Source: a virus. Taken from it: a stretch of DNA of 64,000 bases. The position numbers and the translations under genes are program-made. The notes under the pieces are model-generated. The model searched no databases and was not told the DNA's origin. It saw only the letters and a program-made list of their open reading frames with translations. This document shows, piece by piece, positions 8,456-16,791 of the stretch. The DNA lies in the IMG/VR virus record IMGVR_UViG_3300048913_000256, positions 1-64,000 of that record, one strand, 5' to 3'. Every line of letters begins with the position of its first letter. The first letter of the stretch is position 1.

Positions 8456-8720
8456 TGAGATTCGCCTCCTTTCGTTGATGTGCGGCACGGAGCGTCTGCC
8501 ATGTCGCCTCGTCGAAATATTGCGCCAACCCGCGCCGCTCAACGCCCCAGTAGTCGAGGTTGGCGACGTTGTAGGTCGCGACCTTACCGTCGGGACGCGC
8601 AAGCCAGCGGTCAAGTGCGAGCGGAGCGTCGGTGATCTCACCTTCTGCGATAGACGGCTGTGTCATCGGGTTGTACGGCAGGCCGTTGGATCCGCGTGAG
8701 TTCGTGAGTTTAAGCGCCAT
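8448..8720 (-). CDS. Hypothetical protein (90 aa)
   Basis: GAAGGGGGG SD. First gene after promoter-like motif A. Confidence 0.6.
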   Translation of the reverse strand: MALKLTNSRGSNGLPYNPMTQPSIAEGEITDAPLALDRWLARPDGKVATYNVANLDYWGVERRGLAQYFDEATWQTLRAAHQRKEANLNI

Positions 8721-8797
8721 CGGTTGCGCCCCCTTCGCGGTGGATTACGTAGAGTGTCGTCAATGAATCGTCCCCTTTCGAGTGGTGTTGCGTAAGG

Positions 8798-8827
8798 TAT
8801 CTCGAAGGAGAAGGCGAGGTTGTCCGC
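8798..8827 (-). promoter_or_regulatory. Phage promoter-like motif, copy A (sense GCGGACAACC-N-CGAGATA)
   Basis: Sense strand: gcggacaacctcgccttctccttcgagata, 77 nt upstream of the 8720 start. Confidence 0.6.
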
Positions 8828-8877
8828 TCACTCACGTTCGCAAGAACTTCCCTTCGGTCACGAAGTGCGAGTGAGCG

Positions 8878-8911
8878 CAAAAGAAAAACGCCTCGCGCGG
8901 TGGCGGGCGTT
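8878..8911 (-). terminator. Intrinsic terminator
   Basis: Sense strand: AACGCC-loop-GGCGTT followed by TTTCTTTTG. Confidence 0.55.
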
Positions 8912-8958
8912 ATCCTTGGAACAGTGAGGACAAGAAAGGGAAGTTGCCATCTACAACA

Positions 8959-9171
8959 TCATAAAGACAAAATCAAGACTATTTTTTGACTGAGTGAGGT
9001 ATATAATGAAAAATAGAAAGTGCCGGTGGCAGCCGACACTTCCGCGACAAGTAATTGTCTTTTCTTTCGCTTGAAGCCTACGGGCTTCTTTTTCTCGTTT
9101 TTCAGTAACTTAAAGATTTCTAAAACCTTCGAAATAACTGACAGCAACAGTAGTAAGTAGTCAATATCCAC
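8959..9171 (-). CDS. Small hydrophobic, Lys-rich protein in an AT-rich islet (70 aa)
   Basis: GAGGGGGA + 7 nt + GTG. Sequence MDIDYLLLLLSVISKVLEIFKLLKNEKKK... Visibly low GC. Confidence 0.4.
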   Translation of the reverse strand: MDIDYLLLLLSVISKVLEIFKLLKNEKKKPVGFKRKKRQLLVAEVSAATGTFYFSLYTSLSQKIVLILSL

Positions 9172-9400
9172 TGGCGTATCCCCCTCTCGTATTTATGATA
9201 CAAGATTACGTCACAGGTTAAGTGGGGTCAAGACGCTAGAAGTCTATGAAATATGTACCAGCAGAGCGATAGAACCGAGCTAGTTCTGCGAGAATCGCCT
9301 AGAATCGTCATGGCGGGGGAGAAACGGTTAAGGTATCGTTTGACGCGTGTGCGCCCCGATTCGACCGTAGCTGACGCCCGCAAGATAGGCAATATTACCT

Positions 9401-9441
9401 ATAGAAAAGACGCCTGAGCCATCGCGCCCAAGCGTCTTTTT
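9401..9441 (-). terminator. Intrinsic terminator (A-run and T-run flanked, possibly bidirectional)
   Basis: AAAAGACGC-loop-GCGTCTTTTT. Confidence 0.6.
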
Positions 9442-9443
9442 CG

Positions 9444-9710
9444 TTATGCAACCCGCTGCTGTACGTCCGCTTGCGGTGTCTTCACCGGAAACTCGATGAT
9501 CTGCGCCCCGTCCGCCCGCTCTGCGCAGCGTTCATCGCGACCCAGCAGAATGTAATCGGTGAGCAGCGTCAGTAGCGCCGGCTCCGGTCGGTCCGCGAAC
9601 TCGTCGGTCAGCGCTTGGACTTCGCGGATGCGCTCCTGTGCGGTCAGTTCGGTGCGCGAGATCAGCGTGTTGACGTCGTCTCTGAAGCGTTGTTTGTCGT
9701 TATGCGGCAA
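9444..9710 (-). CDS. Hypothetical protein (88 aa)
   Basis: Clean ORF that overlaps the upstream gene's stop. Confidence 0.6.
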   Translation of the reverse strand: MPHNDKQRFRDDVNTLISRTELTAQERIREVQALTDEFADRPEPALLTLLTDYILLGRDERCAERADGAQIIEFPVKTPQADVQQRVA

Positions 9711-9888
9711 CGGTATCGCCTCCTTTCTCGTCTGACATCGTTGCTAGTTCGAGCCATGCCGCGACCTCCTCGAAGCGCTCGATGATGCGCAGGAGCGTTC
9801 GGGAGCCGTTGCCGGCGTGGTAGGCGATGAGGGCGGCGATGGTGTTGTCCAGTTCAACCACGGCGTCCGCGATCGTCGGTTTCGTCAT
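9700..9888 (-). CDS. Hypothetical protein (62 aa)
   Basis: Its ATG overlaps the methyltransferase stop (ATGA). The track ORF 9700-10149 extends spuriously into the MTase gene. Confidence 0.55.
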   Translation of the reverse strand: MTKPTIADAVVELDNTIAALIAYHAGNGSRTLLRIIERFEEVAAWLELATMSDEKGGDTVAA

Positions 9889-11312
9889 GCTGCGCTCAAC
9901 TCGTTTCTGTTCGATGATTGCGCCGCCAAGACTTGCGCAGATAGCGCGGCGGCGAGGTGGTACGCGACTCGCGAGGCTACTCCGTTCCCAACTACGCGGT
10001 ACATCGCGGATAGAGACATGCCTTCGGGAAATACGTAGGTGTCGGGAACCGATTGGATGCGCAGGCACTCGCGAACCGTGAATCGTCGCGGGGCACTCGT
10101 CGGGTGAATCGGCTGACCGCTGTTGTGGTGCGCTGGAATCGTGTTGCAAGGCGCGTCCATCGACTGTATGCGGTTCGCTTGGTCGTAGGAGTATTCGGAC
10201 TTCGGCGTCCAGTAATCTCCAATCACGGGATTGGCGATTGATGCGCGGACCTTGTCCATCGTTACGCTGCCGTCCGCCGGATGAATCGACGCATCGCGAG
10301 CATTCGTGAGTACCGTATATGCCGCGTCATCCCACGGTACGACGCGGTTTCGCGACAGGTACTGCGAGGAGTAGCGCCCATCTTGCGGGTTACGCTCGTT
10401 CTCAGTCGGTTCCGGTAGATCCCCGATAGCATCGCGCAGCACCGGTCGATACCCGCTCATCTCGAACTCAGAGCTCGGCCACTCGAATTCGAATCCGAGA
10501 TCCTCGCGAATCCCGACGATGAAGACGCGTTCACGTTTCTGCGCTACACCGTAATCCCATGCGTTGAGTACGCGCCAAGTCACGCGGTAGCCAAGTGCCT
10601 CGAATTCCGCGACCAGCGCGTCGAGCGTGTGGCGATGCTTCCTAGTCGTCAGTCCCTTCACGTTTTCGAATAGGAACGCCTTCGGGCGCTTGGCTGCGAT
10701 AATTTCGAGGTAGCGCCATACGAGTTTGCCGCGCTCTCCCGCTTCGCCCGCGCCTTTTCCTGCCGTCGAATAGTCTTGGCACGGCGGTCCGCCAATCACG
10801 AAATCGGCGTCAGGGATCGAGTTGATCGGAATTTGCGTGATATCGCCTTGGACGATGGAGCCAGCGCCGAAGTTGTGCTCGTGAGCGCGACATGCGTTCT
10901 TATCGAAGTCGTTCGCCCAAACGGTCGTGATGCCCGCGTGCTCGACGCCGAGGCGCATCAGACCGCCACCTGCGAAGAGTTCGATAGCGGTCAGACCGTT
11001 CGCAGGGAGGCGCGGGAGTGCGGGGAGTAGCGGTTGGTGAAGCGGGACTACGTTTGACATCGAATCACCTCCGGGGTGTAGTTGACACGTCGCTTTCGCC
11101 ATCGGCGCTGCAAGAACAGTTAAAGCGGGTTCATCCCATCGCATCCGGCGAAGAAACGTTGTTTGACCGCCACCGCTCCCGTATGCCCCGCCCATAAACG
11201 CACGTTGCTCGTCCTCCGACAGACTTCGCCAGTTCCCGCCTGGCGGTATTTTCTGAGCATACGGCGCTTCGTCGTTTCGGACACCATAGCCGACGTGGTT
11301 CGCCGGGATCAC
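9885..11312 (-). CDS. DNA (cytosine-5)-methyltransferase
   Basis: Motifs: I ELFAGGG, IV GGPPCQDYS, VI ENV, VIII QKRERVFIVG, IX RRFTVRECLRIQSVPD, X GNGV. An internal start at ATG 11060 with GGAGGTGA SD is also possible. Confidence 0.9.
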   Translation of the reverse strand: MIPANHVGYGVRNDEAPYAQKIPPGGNWRSLSEDEQRAFMGGAYGSGGGQTTFLRRMRWDEPALTVLAAPMAKATCQLHPGGDSMSNVVPLHQPLLPALPRLPANGLTAIELFAGGGLMRLGVEHAGITTVWANDFDKNACRAHEHNFGAGSIVQGDITQIPINSIPDADFVIGGPPCQDYSTAGKGAGEAGERGKLVWRYLEIIAAKRPKAFLFENVKGLTTRKHRHTLDALVAEFEALGYRVTWRVLNAWDYGVAQKRERVFIVGIREDLGFEFEWPSSEFEMSGYRPVLRDAIGDLPEPTENERNPQDGRYSSQYLSRNRVVPWDDAAYTVLTNARDASIHPADGSVTMDKVRASIANPVIGDYWTPKSEYSYDQANRIQSMDAPCNTIPAHHNSGQPIHPTSAPRRFTVRECLRIQSVPDTYVFPEGMSLSAMYRVVGNGVASRVAYHLAAALSAQVLAAQSSNRNELSAA

Positions 11313-12634
11313 GCCGCCACCCCCTTCGTGCTCGCGTCAGTCACGGTCAGCGTCGAGCGGAGGCGTTCGACCAACTCTCCGACTACCAGCGCATCGAGAT
11401 AGAGTCCATCGCGATCAATCGGTATTTTGAGGAGATCGATAACCTCGCGAACAACCGCATCCCGCGCATCCCGGCGCTCAATCTCGCACTTCACGTATTG
11501 AATCGCATCAATCAGCTCGTCCAGCGCGCCGTTCGCGCAGTCCCATGTCTTGTTCTCGTCGAGCGTCATGCCGTACTCGGCGACACCTTTCGCAGTTTGA
11601 GCGTCGAGTCGGGCGAGGATGTCGTCGGCTACGCGGTCACGGAAGGTTTGCGGCGGTTTGGGTTCTTGCGCCGGTTGGCGGAGATTCCACGGGATGATGT
11701 CGCCGGGTTTAACGTAATGCCCCAGTGCATAATATTTCTCACGCTTTCGTCGGATGAGGATGTCGCGGTCATCGTCGCGAAGATTTTCGACCAAAAACAC
11801 CTCGTCGCGGTCAAGGATTTCTCTGTCAAGCGCGCACGTTCTCGCCAGAACTGCAACCTCATCGCCAACCTGCGGAGTCCACGGACGGAGTTCGCTTACT
11901 TGCGCGGTCAGACGACGGTTTTCCGCGAGCCGTAGCGTGACCTCGCCGTCCGACGTGATTTCCTCGACGACACCAATCGACCGCCCACGCCAGTCGAGTT
12001 CCACGTAGTCGCCGACATTCGGTTCGTAGGCGGGTACTGTCGTGGTAGACGGTTTTTGCGGGAACCAGCGCTCCCATTCGCCCCCTTCCGCGTTTCCGAT
12101 GTCGGCGCGGAGTTCGCGCGGGGTGACGAGGCGTACAGCACTGTCACCGAATACCTCTCGATTCCATCCGTAGTTTATCGGAAGATCACTCGATAGGAAT
12201 CGCTTGTCGAAACACCAGAAGTCTTTCGTTCTGTGCTCGCCGAGGACGACGTTCTTTCCTCGGAAAGCATTGACAGCGAAGTCAGCGGTCAACTCCACGA
12301 CATCCCCCTCGTAGAACTCGCCTTCTTTGCGCGCCGCCAGCGATTGGGCAACGGGATGGTTCGCGGGGAAGATGGCGGTTAGCGCGTCTGCGGTGAATCT
12401 TCCGAGTCCATCGGTGTTGCGAACGATTGCGGCGAAGACGCCCTCCTCCGTTGCTTCAACGACGCCGCGCCCGAAGCAATTCGAAACAATCGCGCCGACC
12501 TCGATTCCTTGCGCCTGCTTCGCGGCTTCCTTCGCCTGTTCAGCGGCGAGTTGGCGTTCGAGTCCCGCGACTCGGTCGCCCCATTCTTTCGTGCGCGATT
12601 TTGAGTATTCCAACCGTTCCTGAATCGTTTTCAT
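11309..12634 (-). CDS. Hypothetical protein (441 aa) with repeated small beta-barrel-like modules
   Basis: Repeated VGDxVEL / GDVVEL motifs. The C-terminal helical part is vaguely MazG/NTP-PPase-like (weak call). Confidence 0.55.
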   Translation of the reverse strand: MKTIQERLEYSKSRTKEWGDRVAGLERQLAAEQAKEAAKQAQGIEVGAIVSNCFGRGVVEATEEGVFAAIVRNTDGLGRFTADALTAIFPANHPVAQSLAARKEGEFYEGDVVELTADFAVNAFRGKNVVLGEHRTKDFWCFDKRFLSSDLPINYGWNREVFGDSAVRLVTPRELRADIGNAEGGEWERWFPQKPSTTTVPAYEPNVGDYVELDWRGRSIGVVEEITSDGEVTLRLAENRRLTAQVSELRPWTPQVGDEVAVLARTCALDREILDRDEVFLVENLRDDDRDILIRRKREKYYALGHYVKPGDIIPWNLRQPAQEPKPPQTFRDRVADDILARLDAQTAKGVAEYGMTLDENKTWDCANGALDELIDAIQYVKCEIERRDARDAVVREVIDLLKIPIDRDGLYLDALVVGELVERLRSTLTVTDASTKGVAA

Positions 12635-12637
12635 CGT

Positions 12638-13138
12638 CTAATCGTCCCCATTCTCGTAAATTTTCGCTCTCAACCGCTGCCGTCCGAATCTAATCGCCTC
12701 GTCGCGATTCGAGTGTCCGACGTAGATATCGAGATGCCCCGCCGTGATCGCGCCTCCCCGATCCTCCACGATGAACTTGCGAATGGAGCCGTCGGGCATC
12801 GTGAGTTCGACGCGGCTGCCGAATGGAATCGCGCTCCAAGCGGCTACGGTCGTCCATGCGCGAGCTGGCGCTCCGCTTGCGGTGATGTCGTCGCCCCGTT
12901 GATCGCCGTCGATGCCGGTATAGGCGCTGACGTAGGCGGTGCCGTCGAAGATGACGACGGGATATCGCGTGGCGGGAGGTGCGACCTTCTCGACTGAACG
13001 CGAGACAGGCGGTGGAATCGGCGGCCCATGCGCGAAACCTTCGATTAGGTAGCGCGGAATATCGGGTGCGTGCGCTGGAATCGGAACAGCGGCGGATAAG
13101 AGCGTCAGGAGGACGGTGCATAGGCGGAGTAGTCGAAT
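12638..13138 (-). CDS. Secreted 3D-domain (MltA/RlpA-like) protein; absent from the ORF track
   Basis: AAGGAGG + 8 nt + ATT at 13136-13138. Signal peptide IRLLRLCTVLLTLLSAAVPIPAHA. 3D-type motifs GDDITASG...IPFGSRVEL...FIVEDRGGAITAGHLDIYV. Confidence 0.7.
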   Translation of the reverse strand: MRLLRLCTVLLTLLSAAVPIPAHAPDIPRYLIEGFAHGPPIPPPVSRSVEKVAPPATRYPVVIFDGTAYVSAYTGIDGDQRGDDITASGAPARAWTTVAAWSAIPFGSRVELTMPDGSIRKFIVEDRGGAITAGHLDIYVGHSNRDEAIRFGRQRLRAKIYENGDD

Positions 13139-13199
13139 GTGCGTCGCCTCCTTCTTACGGGCGGTCAGCCCTTCGTGGATGTGCGGTTGTTTCGCTATG

Positions 13200-13229
13200 T
13201 ATCTCGCAGGAGGAGGCGCGGTTGTCCGT
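13200..13229 (-). promoter_or_regulatory. Phage promoter-like motif, copy B
   Basis: Sense strand: acggacaaccgcgcctcctcctgcgagata, directly after the terminator at 13234-13269. Confidence 0.6.
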
Positions 13230-13233
13230 GAAC

Positions 13234-13269
13234 AAAAAAAAACGCCCGACCGCGAGGGTCTAGGCGTTT
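13234..13269 (-). terminator. Intrinsic terminator
   Basis: Sense strand: AACGCC-tagaccctcgcggtcg-GGCGTT followed by T9. Confidence 0.75.
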
Positions 13270-13466
13270 TTCGGTTTCGACTGACTCAATATTTCCGTTA
13301 CGATAGAAGAGCGAGATCCTCGACACCACGCGCCGAATCCCGTTTTATCGAGGCTGAATTTCGTTTTTGTGTCACGGGTCACCCGCCACTCTCCGATGAT
13401 AATTTGCTCGCCTTCAATGAGCTTATCGAGAGCTTCGTTCATTTCTTTTCGTTCCACCACCATCAC
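13260..13466 (-). CDS. Hypothetical protein (68 aa)
   Basis: Clean ORF with ordinary amino-acid composition. Confidence 0.55.
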   Translation of the reverse strand: MMVVERKEMNEALDKLIEGEQIIIGEWRVTRDTKTKFSLDKTGFGAWCRGSRSSIVTEILSQSKPKNA

Positions 13467-13502
13467 CTCGCTTTCCTATCGTCGTCTTGCGTGGAGTCGT
13501 GC

Positions 13503-13709
13503 TTACGGGTTACGGTTAAGTACGTCCCACTCGTGGTACGCGTCCTCCGCGAAGCGCTTATCCGCATCGCCTTTCTTGTTGGCAGGACGCGCGTAGAAAC
13601 ACCCGTCGCCCAGACGTGTAACAATCACGATTCCTTCGGAGGTACTATGCGTCCCTTTAACAGGCGCATTCTTTACGAGAATACGTTGACCTAAGCGCGT
13701 CTCTACCAT
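13503..13709 (-). CDS. Hypothetical protein (68 aa)
   Basis: ATG at 13709 follows AGAGGAG. The longer track ORF overlaps the upstream gene. Confidence 0.55.
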   Translation of the reverse strand: MVETRLGQRILVKNAPVKGTHSTSEGIVIVTRLGDGCFYARPANKKGDADKRFAEDAYHEWDVLNRNP

Positions 13710-13776
13710 CGTCAAAATCGCTCCTCTGCGTAATTTTACGCCTCGCTGCGTGAAAAACGAGGCGTTGTGAGGCGTT

Positions 13777-14319
13777 TTAAGGCGCTTGCGTGGTGAGGCG
13801 AGGGGTAGCGGTAGGGGCGGGATTAGACTCGATGCGGTCGAAGAACTCATTAACAGCGTTTTGATAAGCCTTAGATCCGCGTCTACCGCCATTCACCTTC
13901 GCCCATAGGTCGAGTACGATGTTGAATACTTTATCGCTAAGGTCGTCAATAGACCTAGATTCGAGATCCTTCGAAACGCTATACGCGAACGAGTATTCGT
14001 CGGTGATCACGAGATACTGCTGTTTCTTGTCGCTCCAAATCCGCTTAACAGATTGGTCGCGGAGAAACCCGATGATCCACTCGTTCTCAACGGAGAACCG
14101 TCTCACGCGCTCGAGATATTGCGCTTTCGTTTGCGTATCGCGAGCCTCACGCTCCTTGCGACGGGTAACGTAGTCGTCCACGTCGACGATAGAAGTCGGA
14201 ACTGGAAATCCGAGGACCGCTTTAATACACTCTCGACCGTAATCCTTCCCCTCGTAAACATGACGATGAACGATACCCGCCCCACAACGAGCGCACTCGA
14301 AGACTTCGCGATTACACAT
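13777..14319 (-). CDS. Hypothetical protein (180 aa) with an N-terminal CxxC
   Basis: Clean ORF. Confidence 0.6.
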   Translation of the reverse strand: MCNREVFECARCGAGIVHRHVYEGKDYGRECIKAVLGFPVPTSIVDVDDYVTRRKEREARDTQTKAQYLERVRRFSVENEWIIGFLRDQSVKRIWSDKKQQYLVITDEYSFAYSVSKDLESRSIDDLSDKVFNIVLDLWAKVNGGRRGSKAYQNAVNEFFDRIESNPAPTATPRLTTQAP

Positions 14320-14382
14320 CCTTAGCCCACCCTTTCATCTGTTTCTTCGATTATACCGCGCCAGCTTGCAGGTGTGTGACGC

Positions 14383-14553
14383 TTAGTCGCGGTACTTCCA
14401 TGCGTCCGTATCATCGTCCCATTTCGCCGCGACGCGCAGACCGGTTACTTCGGGGTAGTCGTCGGTCACCGTCTTCATCGCTTCTTCAGCGGTGTACGCG
14501 GTCATATCATAATTGAAGCCTACGTCGTCGACGAGAAGATATCGATTATACAT
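14383..14553 (-). CDS. Hypothetical protein (56 aa)
   Basis: Its ATG overlaps the stop of the upstream mini-ORF (TGATG). Sequence MYNRYLLVDDVGFNYD... Confidence 0.5.
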   Translation of the reverse strand: MYNRYLLVDDVGFNYDMTAYTAEEAMKTVTDDYPEVTGLRVAAKWDDDTDAWKYRD

Positions 14554-14654
14554 CACCGACCGCCGCCCTTCCGATTGTTCCGAACCGCGACCCCGAACGC
14601 TGCCAGCGAAATCAAAAGGCCCGCCGCCGCTACTACGACCCACGTCGTTTCCAT
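14553..14654 (-). CDS. 33-aa single-pass membrane peptide
   Basis: GAGGAGG + 7 nt + ATG. Sequence METTWVVVAAAGLLISLAAFGVAVRNNRKGGGR. Confidence 0.5.
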   Translation of the reverse strand: METTWVVVAAAGLLISLAAFGVAVRNNRKGGGR

Positions 14655-14721
14655 TCCGATTCCTCCTCGAATGTGATATATTAGGAGGCGAAGGGCGTTG
14701 CGAGCGCCCCTCACCGTATTG

Positions 14722-14880
14722 CTATTTGCGATTTTTCTTGCGAGACTTGTTGCGGTTGCCACTTCGTGTGACGCCGCTTCGAGTCTCTTTTCGTTTGGCG
14801 CGGTAGTTCATAATCGCTGTTGCGAGATTTACTACCGATGTAATCACCGTTAGGATTATCGCCAGATGCGCCAAGTCCAC
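14722..14880 (-). CDS. 52-aa membrane peptide with a basic tail; absent from the ORF track
   Basis: GGAGGTG + 8 nt + GTG. Sequence MDLAHLAIILTVITSVVNLATAIMNYRAKRKE... Confidence 0.45.
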   Translation of the reverse strand: MDLAHLAIILTVITSVVNLATAIMNYRAKRKETRSGVTRSGNRNKSRKKNRK

Positions 14881-14988
14881 TCGTTGCTCACCTCCTCTGT
14901 GTCTTTATTATACCGCGCTTATCGGTGTACGTCAACACCTTTTAACGCGGTATTTTTCGTGGTATACTGAGGTCGAGGTGATACGAAA

Positions 14989-15276
14989 ATGCCAACGATT
15001 ACCCTGCGCGAACTGGTCGAAGTTGAGCGCGGCCTGACGCTCCGCTCCGTTATGATCGACGCCATGCAATACGCGAAGATCCGCGAGGAGTCATTCTATG
15101 CGTTCGCAAACAACGAGATGAAGCGATACCCTGCGGATTTGATAGACGCGCTGTGTGCCGCGCTCGATTGTGAGCCGTCCGCATTCATCGAGAGAAAGCG
15201 TATAGAAAAACTCGCGATCCCGGCGAAGCCGCGTAGTGTGAGACGAAAAGAGAATATCGAGGAGGAATCGGTATGA
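14989..15276 (+). CDS. XRE-family HTH protein (95 aa)
   Basis: Plus-strand gene among minus-strand genes, with an upstream extended -10 (TGGTATACT). HTH-like N-terminus. Confidence 0.6.
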   Translation: MPTITLRELVEVERGLTLRSVMIDAMQYAKIREESFYAFANNEMKRYPADLIDALCAALDCEPSAFIERKRIEKLAIPAKPRSVRRKENIEEESV

Positions 15277-15443
15277 ACGGCAAGTTGATTTTCAGCGACG
15301 GCGGCGTCTGTACGACCGATTGCGAATATGAAATCGGCGAAGTCATCACCGTCAACTCGACGCGACTGGAGCGTTGTGTGCGCAAGGAATTGCTTGACGG
15401 AGAACTCCGCCAATATTTCGCCCATTACGGGTATCGAGGGTAA
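15273..15443 (+). CDS. Hypothetical 56-aa protein coupled to the XRE gene
   Basis: ATGA overlap with the XRE stop; GGAGGA SD. Sequence MNGKLIFSDGGVCTTDCEYEIGEV... Confidence 0.5.
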   Translation: MNGKLIFSDGGVCTTDCEYEIGEVITVNSTRLERCVRKELLDGELRQYFAHYGYRG

Positions 15444-15446
15444 AAG

Positions 15447-15493
15447 AAAAGGACGCCGAGCCACGCGAATAACGTGTGCCCGCGCGTCCTTTT
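15447..15493. terminator. Bidirectional intrinsic terminator (paralog of 31329-31367)
   Basis: AAAAGGACGCCGAGC...GCCCGCGCGTCCTTTT between convergent genes. Confidence 0.65.
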
Positions 15494-15500
15494 GCGGTTT

Positions 15501-15698
15501 TTATATGACCGCTGGAAAGTCCAGAACTACCTTGCCGTCGCAGATATCGAGAGTATGCGCTATTCCGTATAGTTCTCCGCTGAGTTCGTTCTCGATACCA
15601 CCACGCATGTCCTTCGTAAAATGTAGCGATGGAGAACTCAACTCGACACGTAGCGGTTCTCGGGTATCGAGTAGCCATTGCAGGATGTGCTTTCTCAC
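15501..15698 (-). CDS. Hypothetical protein (65 aa)
   Basis: GTG overlaps the thyX stop (GTGA). The longer track ORF is a shadow of thyX. Confidence 0.5.
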   Translation of the reverse strand: MRKHILQWLLDTREPLRVELSSPSLHFTKDMRGGIENELSGELYGIAHTLDICDGKVVLDFPAVI

Positions 15699-16552
15699 GC
15701 CACCTCCGCCTCCCCTGCGCCAGCTCCGAAGAACTGCGCCGTCCACGGCTCCACCGCCACCACCGTATCCCGCAGCGCCTCCGCGAGAGCAACGATTTCC
15801 CACTGTGCTCCGTTCCCCTTGCGCCGCTTCTCGTAAAATTCGAGGAGGGAGCGGAGGTTCACTGTGAAGGTTTCGTTCGTCGCGCACGCATTCGGAAAGA
15901 CGAACCGCGCATCCTCAGCAGGTATGCCGAGTTTACGGAGAAGGTCGTATGCCCATTGACTGACGAGCATGGCGAATTTGAAGACCGCAGGAGCCGTTAC
16001 TTCGCGAATCCTGCCGAAAACCGCGCGTAGTCCTAGCCGCATACCACGCTTAGAAATATCGAGAAGTCCGACTGTATTCGTGCAATTTTTTACACTCGGA
16101 GGGATGATGTAATCGAACCCGCCCGACTTATCCTCGGAACCGAAGCGAACGTATCGCTGTGACTGGACACTGTGGGATGCGTGGCGATGCCGCGTCAGTT
16201 GCGCGAGGAGGGCGCGGCTCACGCCTTCAATCGCGAAGGTGAACGAGAGATGTTCGAGCGTACTCGTATGTTTGGAACGAACAATGTGGCGGAACAGGCG
16301 GTCGGCTTCGGTTCCGGCAGCGCCGTCGGTCGCCTGTGTGCCGAAGTATTTCGCGCCTTCGGTGGCGACGATTGCGGACGGCTTGAGATGCGAGTAACAC
16401 GTGCGGATCGCGGTGAGGGCGACCAGCGCGCCGGAGCTGGCGCGACCATCGAGAGCGTCGATAACCTCCGAGTCCTCCCATAGCGACTTTACGAATGATT
16501 CGCTGACTTGCGTGTGCGCCAGAAGTTTGACGCTGAGTTGCGTTTCTGCCAA
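15695..16552 (-). CDS. thyX: FAD-dependent thymidylate synthase
   Basis: ThyX signature RHRHASHSVQSQRY; the size fits. Confidence 0.9.
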   Translation of the reverse strand: MAETQLSVKLLAHTQVSESFVKSLWEDSEVIDALDGRASSGALVALTAIRTCYSHLKPSAIVATEGAKYFGTQATDGAAGTEADRLFRHIVRSKHTSTLEHLSFTFAIEGVSRALLAQLTRHRHASHSVQSQRYVRFGSEDKSGGFDYIIPPSVKNCTNTVGLLDISKRGMRLGLRAVFGRIREVTAPAVFKFAMLVSQWAYDLLRKLGIPAEDARFVFPNACATNETFTVNLRSLLEFYEKRRKGNGAQWEIVALAEALRDTVVAVEPWTAQFFGAGAGEAEVA

Positions 16553-16554
16553 GA

Positions 16555-16791
16555 CTATTCGCCTCCTTCGTTAATTTCGATGTCGTCGAGATTCGTGCGC
16601 CAGATCTGCGAGGAGTCATACGGCGTGTCCAGCGCGACCTGAATCGGGTAGTAGTTCGCGTCAATACCGTCCGCCATCTTGTGCGGCGCGTAGATGTTGC
16701 GCCAGTCGATGAGTTCGACGCGACCGGTTCCCCCGTGGCCGCGCTCGACTAGCGAGGGGATGCGGACGGGGTCGTTGAGCTGTGGGATCAT
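16555..16791 (-). CDS. Hypothetical protein (78 aa)
   Basis: Clean ORF, tightly packed with its neighbours. Confidence 0.55.
   Translation of the reverse strand: MIPQLNDPVRIPSLVERGHGGTGRVELIDWRNIYAPHKMADGIDANYYPIQVALDTPYDSSQIWRTNLDDIEINEGGE

Noticed and set aside
8233-8641. 89-aa and 126-aa overlapping minus-strand ORFs
   Set aside because: The N-terminal parts overlap gene 8448-8720 and have unnatural composition. Only the C-terminal zinc-ribbon part of the 126-aa frame looks real.
12690-13121. 143-aa minus-strand ORF (MHRPPDALIRRCSDSSARTRY...)
   Set aside because: It is an Arg/Ser-rich shadow frame. The frame carrying the signal peptide and 3D-domain motifs (12638-13138, ATT start) explains the region far better.
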